From: a plasmid
Sequence record: NZ_CP011600.1
Strand: one strand, 5' to 3'
DNA length: 64,000 bases
The translations under genes and the position numbers were made by a program. Below are positions 18,988 through 27,296 of the stretch, piece by piece; the stretch's first letter is position 1, and each line of letters begins with the position of its first letter. The notes under the pieces were generated by a model. It was given only the letters and a program-made list of their open reading frames with translations, was not told the DNA's origin and searched no databases.

Positions 18988-19124
18988 TGTCCTGTCACCT
19001 CATGCCGCGCATAATGAAAACGCCCGGCAGTTATATGAATTAACGTAAATACGCTCACGCGGATGTAATATAAATTTGATGCGCGGGGATAACCTGTCCC
19101 GGATAATTATTCTCTCCGCATTCA

Positions 19125-19345
19125 GTGTGTGTCAATCCGGCACTGAGTAATATTTTTTTCAGGTGTGTGAATCCGGCACTGTTCACACCAAAAAGGTGTG
19201 TTAATTCAGCACTATGTATCAAAAACGTGTGTGTCAATCCGGCACTATACTGCGTTTTCGTGTGTGTTAATCCGGCACTGTGCCCTGTTTTTATGTGTGT
19301 TAATCCGGCACCATTCAGTATTTTAATGTGTGTCAATCCGGCACT
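19125..19345 (+). repeat. seven direct copies of a ~19-bp motif GTGTGT(Y)AATCCGGCACTG with ~33-bp period
   Basis: Copies start near 19125, 19163, 19196, 19229, 19261, 19294 and 19327. Upstream of traM, in the expected oriT/TraM-binding region. Confidence 0.8.
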
Positions 19346-19404
19346 GCACGCTGAAAATTTATCTATAATTCACTGATTTTAAATAATAGCCACAATAAAC
19401 ACAC

Positions 19405-19525
19405 ACCACAGTGCCGTTTACAGTGCCTGATTGACACACAATTAGGCACTGCATTGACACACAATCCGGCACTGCATTAACACACAATTAGGCACTGAAA
19501 CATGTGTTAATTAACACACACTTTG
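19405..19525 (-). repeat. four inverted-orientation copies of the same motif (CAGTGCC..ATTGACACACA)
   Basis: cagtgcctgattgacacaca, ttaggcactgcattgacacaca, atccggcactgcattaacacaca, ttaggcactgaaacatgtgttaattaacacaca. Opposite orientation to the 7 direct copies. Confidence 0.75.
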
Positions 19526-19584
19526 ATTTGAACAGGCTAAAAACAGGCAAAATATCAATGTAAGCAACTGTTTTAAAAAACAAA

Positions 19585-19620
19585 AACTGCAAGATGAAAT
19601 CTTGCGTGGGGTGTGATGAA
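19585..19620 (+). other. oriT: oriT core: inverted repeat GCAAGATGAAATCTTGC followed by F-like nic motif GCGTGGGGTGT|GATG
   Basis: F nic region is TTTGCGTGGGGTGT^GGTGCT preceded by an inverted repeat. Here it is 19604-19618 with predicted nick about 19614/19615 on the + strand, making the + strand the T-strand with the leading region to the right. Confidence 0.6.
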
Positions 19621-19791
19621 ACTAAAAGAAGAAAAAGCGGCTTGTGAAATAGATCGAAGTTGTTGGATTTATTATATCTCTGTCTCCTTTCAGGGATGTG
19701 CAGCAAGCGCCCCGTGCGCGTCTGTAACGAATTATCTTGCAACGGATGATCTGAACGCGTATTTTTCACAAAAAACCGTCAGGCACATTTT

Positions 19792-20361
19792 GTGCGCGCA
19801 TATGAGATTATCAGAATGAAATGGTTAGCTATCGCTGGCTTTGCTGCCGTATTCAGCGCACAGGCCGCGCCGGAATTATGTTTCGATGAAGCTGGTCGTG
19901 ACTATGGTATTGATCCCACGCTTCTGATGGCAATATCAATACAGGAGAGCCGGTTAAATCCGACAGCCATTAACAGCGCCAGTGCGGGCGGTACAGAAGA
20001 CGTCTGTGCGATGCAGCTCAACAGTAATAATTTCGGCAAGCTGAAAAACTTCAATATCACGCGTAAGGATCTGCTTAATAATCCCTGCATCTGCGTGTAC
20101 AGCGGCGCATGGATTTTAGCCAGAAACTTCCAGGCCTACGGCAGGAACTGGGACAGTGTGGGAATGTATAATACAGGACCGAATCCAAAACTGATAAAAG
20201 CAAGGCGTGAATATGCGAGGATCATAAAAAGCATCTACACGGTACTGCTCGCCAGAAAACAGTTACTTGAGAAAGGCACAGGCGATCCCGTTAAAACGTC
20301 GCCATTCAGTGAAAATGCTGACCAGAGAACACCGGTGAAAGACGAAAAAAAGCCCGGTTAA
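19792..20361 (+). CDS. lytic transglycosylase (SLT domain; F gene X/orf169 homolog)
   Basis: Signal peptide plus SLT motifs ESRLNPTAINS ... EDVCAMQLNSNNF ... YNTGP. Position next to oriT as orf169 in F. Confidence 0.8.
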   Translation: MRAYEIIRMKWLAIAGFAAVFSAQAAPELCFDEAGRDYGIDPTLLMAISIQESRLNPTAINSASAGGTEDVCAMQLNSNNFGKLKNFNITRKDLLNNPCICVYSGAWILARNFQAYGRNWDSVGMYNTGPNPKLIKARREYARIIKSIYTVLLARKQLLEKGTGDPVKTSPFSENADQRTPVKDEKKPG

Positions 20362-20377
20362 CCGGGCTTTTTATTTT

Positions 20378-21199
20378 CTAGCTCTTGAGCTTCGCAAACT
20401 CTTCGGCCATTTTCCACAATGCCTGATTAAGCTTTATGTCTCCGTCAATCCCTGTTACCGGGCGTGTGGTTGTATTTTTTCCTTTGGCCGTTCTGCCACG
20501 TAAACCACCCTTGATCAGGTTTTCCTGCACAGTGTTGTAGGTTGTCCAGAGGTCGGTTTGTTTATCTTCATAACGGCGCGGAACAAGAATTTTCTCTGCC
20601 GTGACGGGCGCTTCTTTGCCATCGTATTTAATATCGAGTGCGGTATTAGCGAGAAGGATTCTTTCGTCAGGAGAAACCGTGATCCCTTTCATCATCTCAA
20701 TATTTTCAGTGACATTATCAAATATCCCGAGCACCTCATATGCCCCTTCGATAACCTGCCCGACAATATCCCCTTTGTGAGGCACATTGATTTCCCCGAA
20801 TGACTTCCAGCAAACCAGACCATTCGTGCAGACCTGCCGATACATACCGGGGATCATTTTATAACTGCTGGACCCGTCGTGTGAGTTCAGTAAAAGAATC
20901 TCCGGCACTTCTTTACCCGAAAAATTATCGCCGCGACGTAAACGCAACATATGTTTCGTGAATTCCCGGCGGTCCGGATTACGTACACGTGACTGGCTGG
21001 CGTAATACGGCTGGAATCCCTCTTCACGCAGGCGATCCAGTAATGCGATGGTCGGAATATAGGTATATCTGTCAGAGCGTGATTCGTGTTTTTCCACTGA
21101 AAACGCGCTGGGAACAACACGCATCAGTTCATCATTCGTGAGAGGACGATTCTGGCGAATTGATGTCGGCGCAGCATAACGTGATGATAAACGGATCAT
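20378..21199 (-). CDS. DUF932-family leading-region protein (F orf273 equivalent)
   Basis: Start chosen at the ATG 21197-21199 with RBS AGGAGA, giving 273 aa, identical in length to F ORF273, which sits next to orf169. Confidence 0.55.
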   Translation of the reverse strand: MIRLSSRYAAPTSIRQNRPLTNDELMRVVPSAFSVEKHESRSDRYTYIPTIALLDRLREEGFQPYYASQSRVRNPDRREFTKHMLRLRRGDNFSGKEVPEILLLNSHDGSSSYKMIPGMYRQVCTNGLVCWKSFGEINVPHKGDIVGQVIEGAYEVLGIFDNVTENIEMMKGITVSPDERILLANTALDIKYDGKEAPVTAEKILVPRRYEDKQTDLWTTYNTVQENLIKGGLRGRTAKGKNTTTRPVTGIDGDIKLNQALWKMAEEFAKLKS

Positions 21200-21209
21200 G
21201 GTTATCTCC

Positions 21210-21512
21210 TTAAAAATAATTAGCAGGTACAACACGAAATAAAAAATCGAGTGGCAGAGCAGCTGCAACTGGCCAGCCGTTGCTGATCCAGACAGCGCAG
21301 TAATCCGGGATACCCTTTTCAAATACGTTGAGTTCTTCCGCATCTGCGGGTGGGGTGAAGTCGTGGCATTTCGCGCCCGGAATATCATCCGTCGCAGCAA
21401 AAACCCAGTTAAAGAGGTCGATGATCTGCCTGTCAGTCAGGCATGTGTTTTGATCACATCTTCCGGCGGTTTCTTCTCCGGCGCTTTTGACGTTGACGTT
21501 CTGTGTGTGCAT
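21210..21512 (-). CDS. hypothetical leading-region protein, paralog of 49228..49500, with conserved leader MHTQNVNVKSAGEETAGR
   Basis: 100 aa. Shares DLFNW...FTPPADAEEL...PDY..VWI.SGWPVAAA with the ORF at 49228..49500. RBS AAGGAGAA. Immediately downstream of Frpo-like element A. Confidence 0.5.
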   Translation of the reverse strand: MHTQNVNVKSAGEETAGRCDQNTCLTDRQIIDLFNWVFAATDDIPGAKCHDFTPPADAEELNVFEKGIPDYCAVWISNGWPVAAALPLDFLFRVVPANYF

Positions 21513-22045
21513 CCTGGTTTTCTCCTTCGGTGATGGTTAATCCATCTCCCTTGGCTGGTACTCTCGCGGCAACGGGCAGAGTAGCGACGGCAGACGAATG
21601 ACCGAATGGGCGTCACCGGAGGCCGCAGCGCAAGCGAGTCGTTTACGGCGAGTGCGAACGGGCGAGGAACGGCAACGCGTACCCATTCAGGGCAGGCGGA
21701 TGACGGTGCTACGAAATGCCCTCCGCGTGAGGACGGCAAGGGTGATGGCCTCACCGGACTGGCAGGATGCACACACCCGACCCGGCAACGTCATATCGCC
21801 GGGTCGCCCTTAAAGCGCCGGCGGCCACGTCGCCGGTGCGGTGAGAGCGGCGCGTCCCCCGGACGCAGCAAGCGCGCCCTAGACCTTGCCATCGGACACT
21901 AGCGAGCAGCCCGAAACCGCGCAGCGGGTTCGGCGGAGCTTAGCCGGCGGCCTGCCGCCGGGTTAGCGGAGTGTGGCCCTGACGACCCGGCCGGAACGGA
22001 CGGGGAGCCGAAGGGGGCCAGTGCCCTGAAGAGGTTTTTTGTGTT
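21513..22045 (+). promoter_or_regulatory. Frpo-like structured GC-rich repeat, copy A (putative single-stranded DNA promoter)
   Basis: About 530 bp, over 90 percent identical to copies at about 23788-24315, 25514-25995 (partly) and 43892-44350. Many internal hairpins, for example GCCCGAAACCGCGCAGCGGGTTCGGC. Lies on the predicted transferred strand directly upstream of a minus-strand gene. Confidence 0.5.
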
Positions 22046-22242
22046 CAGTGATCGGGAAAAGACGAATAACCAGGACAGGAATATGCGCCGGCACAGCAGC
22101 AAACATGTCAGGAATACGGGAGAGGGTAAGACACTATGTACCAGGCGTACGGGGAAAAGGGGGCGCGCCGCAGGCGCCCCCGTCCTGCCCGGTTCCCCGC
22201 AGGGGAACGCCCTTCCCGGCCGTGGCCGTTCCGGGCAGATGA

Positions 22243-22599
22243 TCAGCCGATTTCACCCTCTTCCATTTCAACGTACATCTCGGCAGCCATCATTAACGCC
22301 ATGAGTCCATTATGGTGCGGCGTGGTGATGCCAACCTGTTCACACAGGTGCATCAGATCGGCCAGGAAATCGATGATCACGGTCTCCATCTCTTCTGAAT
22401 CATTGGCCAGGCCAGTACGCTCAGCAAACAACCAGAGTGCCTCTGCCGCCAGGGCGGCGCGGTCTGCATTGTTCCAGACAACAGCCGGTGACGGGCGGCC
22501 GGAAACATTCGCCGCCAGATCGGCAAGCTCAGACGCAGGCAAGGATTCACCGCGACTCGCTCCCAACGCAGGCCCCATTTCTTCTTGTGCTTCTGACAT
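22243..22599 (-). CDS. highly acidic small protein (118 aa; about 25 D/E vs 6 K/R) - DNA-mimic-like candidate
   Basis: RBS AGGAGA before the ATG at 22597-22599. The antisense 162-aa track ORF has junk-like composition. Confidence 0.5.
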   Translation of the reverse strand: MSEAQEEMGPALGASRGESLPASELADLAANVSGRPSPAVVWNNADRAALAAEALWLFAERTGLANDSEEMETVIIDFLADLMHLCEQVGITTPHHNGLMALMMAAEMYVEMEEGEIG

Positions 22600-22654
22600 G
22601 ATGAGTTCTCCTGATGGTGGGTGATAAGGCCGCCATTACTGGCGGCCCCGTTTA

Positions 22655-22804
22655 TTACGCCTCAGCCTCCATCCGGGCATTTACGGTAGTCATGAACTGC
22701 TGCCAGAATTCAAAACGCAGCGCGGGCATATGCGCGCGTTTTCCTGCTTTCAGGGCATTTACAAACGCGTTTGCCTGTGCGACGATTTGCGGGTCAAATA
22801 TCAT
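22655..22804 (-). CDS. small ORF (49 aa) not in the ORF track
   Basis: Manual translation gives MIFDPQIVAQANAFVNALKAGKRAHMPALRFEFWQQFMTTVNARMEAEA with RBS GGAGG 7 nt upstream. Below the 60-aa track cutoff. Confidence 0.35.
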   Translation of the reverse strand: MIFDPQIVAQANAFVNALKAGKRAHMPALRFEFWQQFMTTVNARMEAEA

Positions 22805-22889
22805 GGATTAGTCCTCCATAGTGGTTTTGATGTGGACAGCACCTCGACCGTGCTGCCCGTTGATTAAGCAGGGTTGCCACCCTGCTTTT

Positions 22890-23354
22890 TTAATGCCCGG
22901 AATTCAGTTGCTTCTCCGGACAGAAACGGGTGATCACATCCTCGATCAGCGCTTTATGTTTCAGGGTGTGCAGGTCATGGCACTCAAAGAAACGCCCCTC
23001 CACACTCACAAAAATTGCGGTCACATCGCCGCCCGTAAATTCGCGCGACTTGAACGACTCCCCGCCAAATCCCCGGCACCAGTCCAGCGGCGGAAGAACT
23101 TCGAGCTGGTCGATGTACCGGGCTTCGGAAATCTCCACCCACGGACGGCGATAACCCAGGTTTTGCGCTTCCTTCACTTCGGAAAAAGACAGCAGTTCTG
23201 TGTCCGGGTAGATACGGCGCACGGCGTTCAGTGTTTTCGCACCATATTCGGTCACCCATTCGCCGTCCTGCTGCCTGGCCCAGGCATAGACGGTGTTGCA
23301 GGACGGGACATAAAACGCCATCGATGGGGTATTGAGAATTTCAGTTACGGACAT
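22890..23354 (-). CDS. hypothetical leading-region protein (154 aa)
   Basis: Strong RBS AAGGAGATAAGA-ATG. Protein-like composition. The antisense 228-aa ORF was rejected. Confidence 0.5.
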   Translation of the reverse strand: MSVTEILNTPSMAFYVPSCNTVYAWARQQDGEWVTEYGAKTLNAVRRIYPDTELLSFSEVKEAQNLGYRRPWVEISEARYIDQLEVLPPLDWCRGFGGESFKSREFTGGDVTAIFVSVEGRFFECHDLHTLKHKALIEDVITRFCPEKQLNSGH

Positions 23355-23415
23355 TCTTATCTCCTTAGTGATGGTGGCCGGTTACCCGGCCGGGTCGTTG
23401 CGGTTAACGTTCCGG

Positions 23416-23787
23416 TCAGTAATCAGCGGCCAGTTCAGACAACAGCAGGTCGCATTCATCCTGTGCCCGCGCCTCCTCTGACGCAGTTACCATGTAACCC
23501 CGTTTAGCCGCCGCACCGATGAAAGCAGGGCGGTCATTCAGCGGCAGTTTTGCCAGGTGAATCATCGCCATCGATAAGAGGCGGGCTTCATAAATCTCGT
23601 AGTACAGCCCACACCCACGGTTTGCCTGTTTTTCCATCCGTGCCAGAACCACATCGGCGCGAATAACGTCGAACGGGTTACGTGAATGAATGTTTGTGAT
23701 AAAGCCATCAGTACGCATTGGTTTTATCCCCCATCTTCCGGCGGTTTCCTCTCCGGCGGTTTTGACGTTGACGTTCTGTGTGTGCAT
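23416..23787 (-). CDS. hypothetical protein carrying the conserved leader MHTQNVNVKTAGEETAGR
   Basis: 123 aa, downstream of Frpo-like copy B. Body unrelated to the other leader-bearing ORFs. In-frame internal Met (MRTDGF...) is an alternative start. Confidence 0.45.
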   Translation of the reverse strand: MHTQNVNVKTAGEETAGRWGIKPMRTDGFITNIHSRNPFDVIRADVVLARMEKQANRGCGLYYEIYEARLLSMAMIHLAKLPLNDRPAFIGAAAKRGYMVTASEEARAQDECDLLLSELAADY

Positions 23788-24315
23788 CCTGGTTTTCTCC
23801 TTCGGTGATGGTTAATCCATCTCCCTGGCTGGTACTCTCGCGGCAACGGGCCGAGTAGCGACGGCAGACGAATGACCGAATGGGCGTCACCGGAGGCCGC
23901 AGCGCAAGCGAGCCGTTTACGGCGAGTGCGAACGGGCGAGGAACGGCAACGCGTACCCATTCAGGGCAGGCGGATGACGGTGCTACGAACAGCCCTCCGC
24001 GTGAGGACAGCAGGGGAGATGGCCTCACCGGACTGGCAGGATGCACACACCCGACCCGGCAACGTCATATCGCCGGGTCGCCCTTAAAGCGCCGGCGCCC
24101 GTCGCCGGTGCGGTGAGAGCGGCGCGTCCCCCGGACGCAGCAAGCGCGCCCCGGACCTTCGCCATCGGACACTAGCGAGCAGCCCGAAACCCGAAGGGGT
24201 TCGGCGGAGCTTAGCCGGCGGCCTGCCGCCGGGTTAGCGGAGTGTGGCCCTGACGACCCGGCCGGAACGGACGGGGAGCCGAAGGGGGCCAGTGCCCTGA
24301 AGAGGGTTTTGCTTT
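23788..24315 (+). promoter_or_regulatory. Frpo-like structured repeat, copy B
   Basis: Near-identical to copy A across about 520 bp. Internal track ORFs (23708..24046, 23872..24087, 24065..24658) are artefacts of the repeat. Confidence 0.5.
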
Positions 24316-24560
24316 GAATGCATCCTGGAACACCCGGTAACAGCACGCACACAGGCAGCCACCGGAAACCGCAGCACACCCGGACCCACTCACCGGATAT
24401 AATGATGAGAGTGACGCCGCGAAGGGGGAGGCCCGGTGCGTCAGCACCGGCTTCCCCCGGCACGCAGTGCCGGTGGTTTTCGGGCCGTGCGCCGGGGCAG
24501 GCCACCGGGCAGACGGCTCCCGGTCTGGTACGCACCAGGAGCCTGTGGTGATGAGCTGTC

Positions 24561-24863
24561 TCAGGCCGGTTGTTTTCTGTTAAACGTGACGGCGTAATCG
24601 TCATAACTGAGACAGCCCCGCAGCCGCGTGAGCCTGACCACATTCTCCGCCAGGCCATTCATCGTCAGTATCCGCTCGATACCTGCAAAGAGGTCTTCAC
24701 GCTCACCGAGCGGAAACCAGAGGTTGCTGTTGCTGCCGCTCAGGAGCGGATGGCCGCAAAAATGCACTCCCCTGCCCTGCCTGGTCAGGCAGACCGTAAC
24801 AGTGATATCAGCGCGGATATGCTCTGCTGATGTACTGAGACCAGGTTGTCCGGTCATTTCCAT
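24561..24863 (-). CDS. hypothetical protein (100 aa)
   Basis: RBS AGGAGAACATC-ATG. Follows the stop of 24935..25513. Confidence 0.4.
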   Translation of the reverse strand: MEMTGQPGLSTSAEHIRADITVTVCLTRQGRGVHFCGHPLLSGSNSNLWFPLGEREDLFAGIERILTMNGLAENVVRLTRLRGCLSYDDYAVTFNRKQPA

Positions 24864-24934
24864 GATGTTCTCCTTCCTGCGAATTCAGATGATGTGTCAC
24901 CCCGGCAAGGCCTGCCGGGGTGTGGCGCCGTGAT

Positions 24935-25513
24935 TCAGCGGACGTACTGCCAGTGACAGAAGGGACTCTCGTCGTCCCCTTTTTTCAGGTGTTCACGGGC
25001 GTACTTCTCCAGTCCCTTGTGTTCTGCCTCAAAAATCGCTCTCGCATCGTCGTTCATCACACCGGAAGCCATATAGACCTGCGTTGTTTCGTACTCGGCT
25101 GTTTCCGCGCACTCGTCATCGCCGATCCGGTTAGCACAATGCACCACCCTTGCTTCCCATGTTTCCGGCACGGCCTGCGGCTGCGGGCGGTATACAAACA
25201 CCGTGACCAGCAGTTTTTCCTGCGGTTTTATCAGCATCATCTCGATACCTGAACGGACACCCCTGTCGCCAAAAACCCACTCATCGAGCGCGAACCGCGC
25301 GGCTGACAGATACTCAATGCCCATGTCAAACGACGTGCGAATTGCAGCCGTATTCACTGCCGGGGATCCGGGAATAAACAGGCTGCGGCGATACGAACGC
25401 GCAGCACGTTCCCGGATGTCGTTAACATCACGGTTTAATGCCGTTGAATTCTGGTTTTCACCCCCTGTTTCGGCGGTTGTGGTTGCGGCGGTTTTGCTGT
25501 TCTGTGTTTTCAT
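24935..25513 (-). CDS. hypothetical leading-region protein (192 aa) with divergent leader MKTQNSKTAATTTAETGGENQ
   Basis: Downstream of Frpo-like copy C. The N-terminus is a diverged version of the conserved leader. Confidence 0.45.
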   Translation of the reverse strand: MKTQNSKTAATTTAETGGENQNSTALNRDVNDIRERAARSYRRSLFIPGSPAVNTAAIRTSFDMGIEYLSAARFALDEWVFGDRGVRSGIEMMLIKPQEKLLVTVFVYRPQPQAVPETWEARVVHCANRIGDDECAETAEYETTQVYMASGVMNDDARAIFEAEHKGLEKYAREHLKKGDDESPFCHWQYVR

Positions 25514-25995
25514 GCTGGTTCTCCTGTGTTGGTTACTGAAACCCTGTTTCGGTCGGAATGGCGCGGCAAAGGGCCAGGTAGCGACGGCAGACGAATGACC
25601 GAATGGGCGTCACCGGAGGCCGCAGCGCAAGCGAGCCGTTTACGGCGAGTGCGAACGGGCGAGGAACGGCGAGGCGAACCCATTCAGGGCAGGCGGATGA
25701 CGGTGCTACAGCAGCCTGACGCAGCCATCGCCCGGAACAGGCTGTACCGGCGGAGGATGAGCATGAAAACAGACAGAACAGTGCCCCTGCCCTGAGAGGC
25801 CGCGTGCGGCCGGTGAAAGCGGCGCGTCCCCCGGACGCAGCAAGCGCGCCCCGGACCTTTGCCATCGGACACCAGGAGCAGCCCGAAACCGCGCAGCGGG
25901 TTCGGCGGAGCTTAGCCGGCGGCCTGCCGCCGGGTTAGCGGAGTGTGGCCCTGACGCCCCGGCCGGAACGGACGGGGAGCCGAAGGGGGCCAGCT
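25514..25995 (+). promoter_or_regulatory. Frpo-like structured repeat, copy C (distal two-thirds conserved, gene-proximal part diverged)
   Basis: Shares ...GTAGCGACGGCAGACGAATGACCGAATGGGCGTCACCGGAGGCCGCAGCGCAAGCGAG... and ...GCGGCGCGTCCCCCGGACGCAGCAAGCGCGCCCCGGACC...GCCCGAAACCGCGCAGCGGGTTCGGCGGAGCTTAGCCGGCGGCCTGCCGCCGGGTTAGCGGAGTGTGGCCCTGACG... with copies A, B and D. Confidence 0.45.
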
Positions 25996-26078
25996 TTCAG
26001 ATGTTCATTTTTCTGTTTTTTGTGGTGCTCTGGCGTATGCTGGAATTGCGCAAAAAAAGCGCAACCGGAGGCGTTCTC

Positions 26079-26336
26079 ATGTCAGAAAATGAAGACGAAG
26101 ATGATGCTGAAGACGCGTTTTACGACGAGACGTGCAGGATAGTGGGCCAGTGCTGCCTGATGCTGGCCATCAACGATGCAGAAACCGACCGGGCGCAGCT
26201 GGTATACCAGTTGAAACGACTTCACTGGAAAATCATGCAGCTGACCAGTGAATCCCACAACGGGATACTGATGGCCATCGGGCAACTGGAGACGGCGGAG
26301 ATGTATGAGGAGAGGACGGGCAGGCGGCGGGAATAA
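26079..26336 (+). CDS. small protein with acidic N-terminus (85 aa), opposite orientation to its neighbours
   Basis: RBS GGAGG then ATG at 26079. MSENEDEDDAEDAFYDE.... Followed by hairpin-rich sequence. Confidence 0.4.
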   Translation: MSENEDEDDAEDAFYDETCRIVGQCCLMLAINDAETDRAQLVYQLKRLHWKIMQLTSESHNGILMAIGQLETAEMYEERTGRRRE

Positions 26337-26539
26337 AGCGGAAGCGCCGCGGGCGCATCCGCCCTTCCCCCCGTTCCCCGGAGGGGAACAGTGTTTCCGG
26401 GATGTTCATGCGTGCGGCCGCGCCCGGAACGAAAAGGGGGCTGCCAGTCGGACAACTGACAGCCCCTTGTAAAGGCGCTTTCGGCAGAACTGACCCCCTC
26501 AGCCCTGAAAAGGCGGGGTTTCCCCCGCCTCCAGGTAGC

Positions 26540-26698
26540 TTACTTACCGGATTCGTAAGCCATGAAAGCCGCCACCTCCCTGTTCGTGTCCCTGTACCGG
26601 ATTTCGCAGAGCGATTTACGGGTCAGGTAAGTGAATATCAGCAGTGTGAGACACACTATTAACACGCACCAGAGCAGGGTACTTCGTGGCAGTTTCAT
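26540..26698 (-). CDS. hok: Hok-family type I toxin (hok/flmA/srnB-like)
   Basis: Manual translation [52 protein letters not shown] (52 aa) is a near-canonical Hok. Below the track cutoff. Confidence 0.75.
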   Translation of the reverse strand: MKLPRSTLLWCVLIVCLTLLIFTYLTRKSLCEIRYRDTNREVAAFMAYESGK

Positions 26699-26769
26699 AG
26701 CTGACTTCTCCTGTCAACGCAAAGCAGAAGTGTCACCATCGGTGCGAAACAGAGATGTCATGCTTTGGT

Positions 26770-27057
26770 TCAGAGAATGCGTTTGACCGCCTCGCTATAT
26801 ACTTCCGAGCGTTCTCTTTTCCCAACAGAAATCACGAAAACGACAACTTTCTCGTCTATAACCTGGTATACAAGGCGATAGCCTGAAGACCGGAGCTTAA
26901 TCTTGTAACAATCAGGCATACCACGGAGCTTGTTTGCTTCAATCCGGGGTGACTCAAGTACTTCAACCAGCTTCTTTTTCAACTGTTCACGTACCGTCGA
27001 GCCCAGCTTTCGCCATTCCTTTAGTGCCCGCTCGTCAAAATCCAGAAAATACGCCAT
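26770..27057 (-). CDS. relE: RelE/ParE-family type II toxin
   Basis: 95 aa with the ...YRLVYQVIDEKVVVFVISVGKRERSEVY... RelE fold signature. Start overlaps the relB stop. Confidence 0.8.
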   Translation of the reverse strand: MAYFLDFDERALKEWRKLGSTVREQLKKKLVEVLESPRIEANKLRGMPDCYKIKLRSSGYRLVYQVIDEKVVVFVISVGKRERSEVYSEAVKRIL

Positions 27058-27296
27058 CAGAGTTCATCCAGCGTCACACGTACTGGCTTAGGATTACAAA
27101 GTCGTTCTTTCACTATCTCCACAAGTTCAGCATCTTCATCACTCAGGAGTGTCTGTTTGAACGGCAAGCGTTCATTGTCAGCGATATACTCGAGCATGAG
27201 ACGAAGCGCTTCAGAAGGAGTTACGCCCATTTTTTCAAGCGCGGCGTAAGAACGCGCTTTAAGTTCATCGTCAATACGTAGGTTAATGCTACCCAT
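27057..27296 (-). CDS. relB: RelB/DinJ-family antitoxin
   Basis: 79 aa. MGSINLRIDDELKARSYAALEKMGVTPSEALRLMLEYIA is typical of RelB RHH antitoxins. Confidence 0.75.
   Translation of the reverse strand: MGSINLRIDDELKARSYAALEKMGVTPSEALRLMLEYIADNERLPFKQTLLSDEDAELVEIVKERLCNPKPVRVTLDEL

Noticed and set aside
19125-19376. 83-aa + strand ORF (MCVNPALSNIFFRCVNPALF...) with internally repeated peptide
   Set aside because: It is the in-frame reading of the seven 33-bp direct oriT repeats. It has no RBS and lies in the non-coding oriT region.
21437-22102. ORFs inside the Frpo-like repeats: 21437..21772, 21598..21813, 21606..21902, 21899..22102, and the equivalents in copies B, C and D (23708..24046, 23872..24087, 24065..24658, 25533..25865, 25526..25795, 43804..44121, 44078..44560, 44094..44684)
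   Set aside because: They recur only because the DNA repeat recurs. Their composition is Arg/Pro/Gly/Ala-rich and junk-like, they lack RBSs, and they occupy a GC-rich hairpin-forming element better explained as regulatory DNA.
22136-23507. Antisense + strand ORFs 22136..22624 (162 aa) and 22821..23507 (228 aa)
   Set aside because: The minus-strand alternatives have strong RBSs and protein-like composition. The + strand frames are Ser/Arg/Ala-rich.
26690-26770. Explicit Sok antisense RNA feature
   Set aside because: Expected opposite the hok leader, but only about 70 nt separate hok from relE. I could not identify a convincing sok promoter or terminator by eye.
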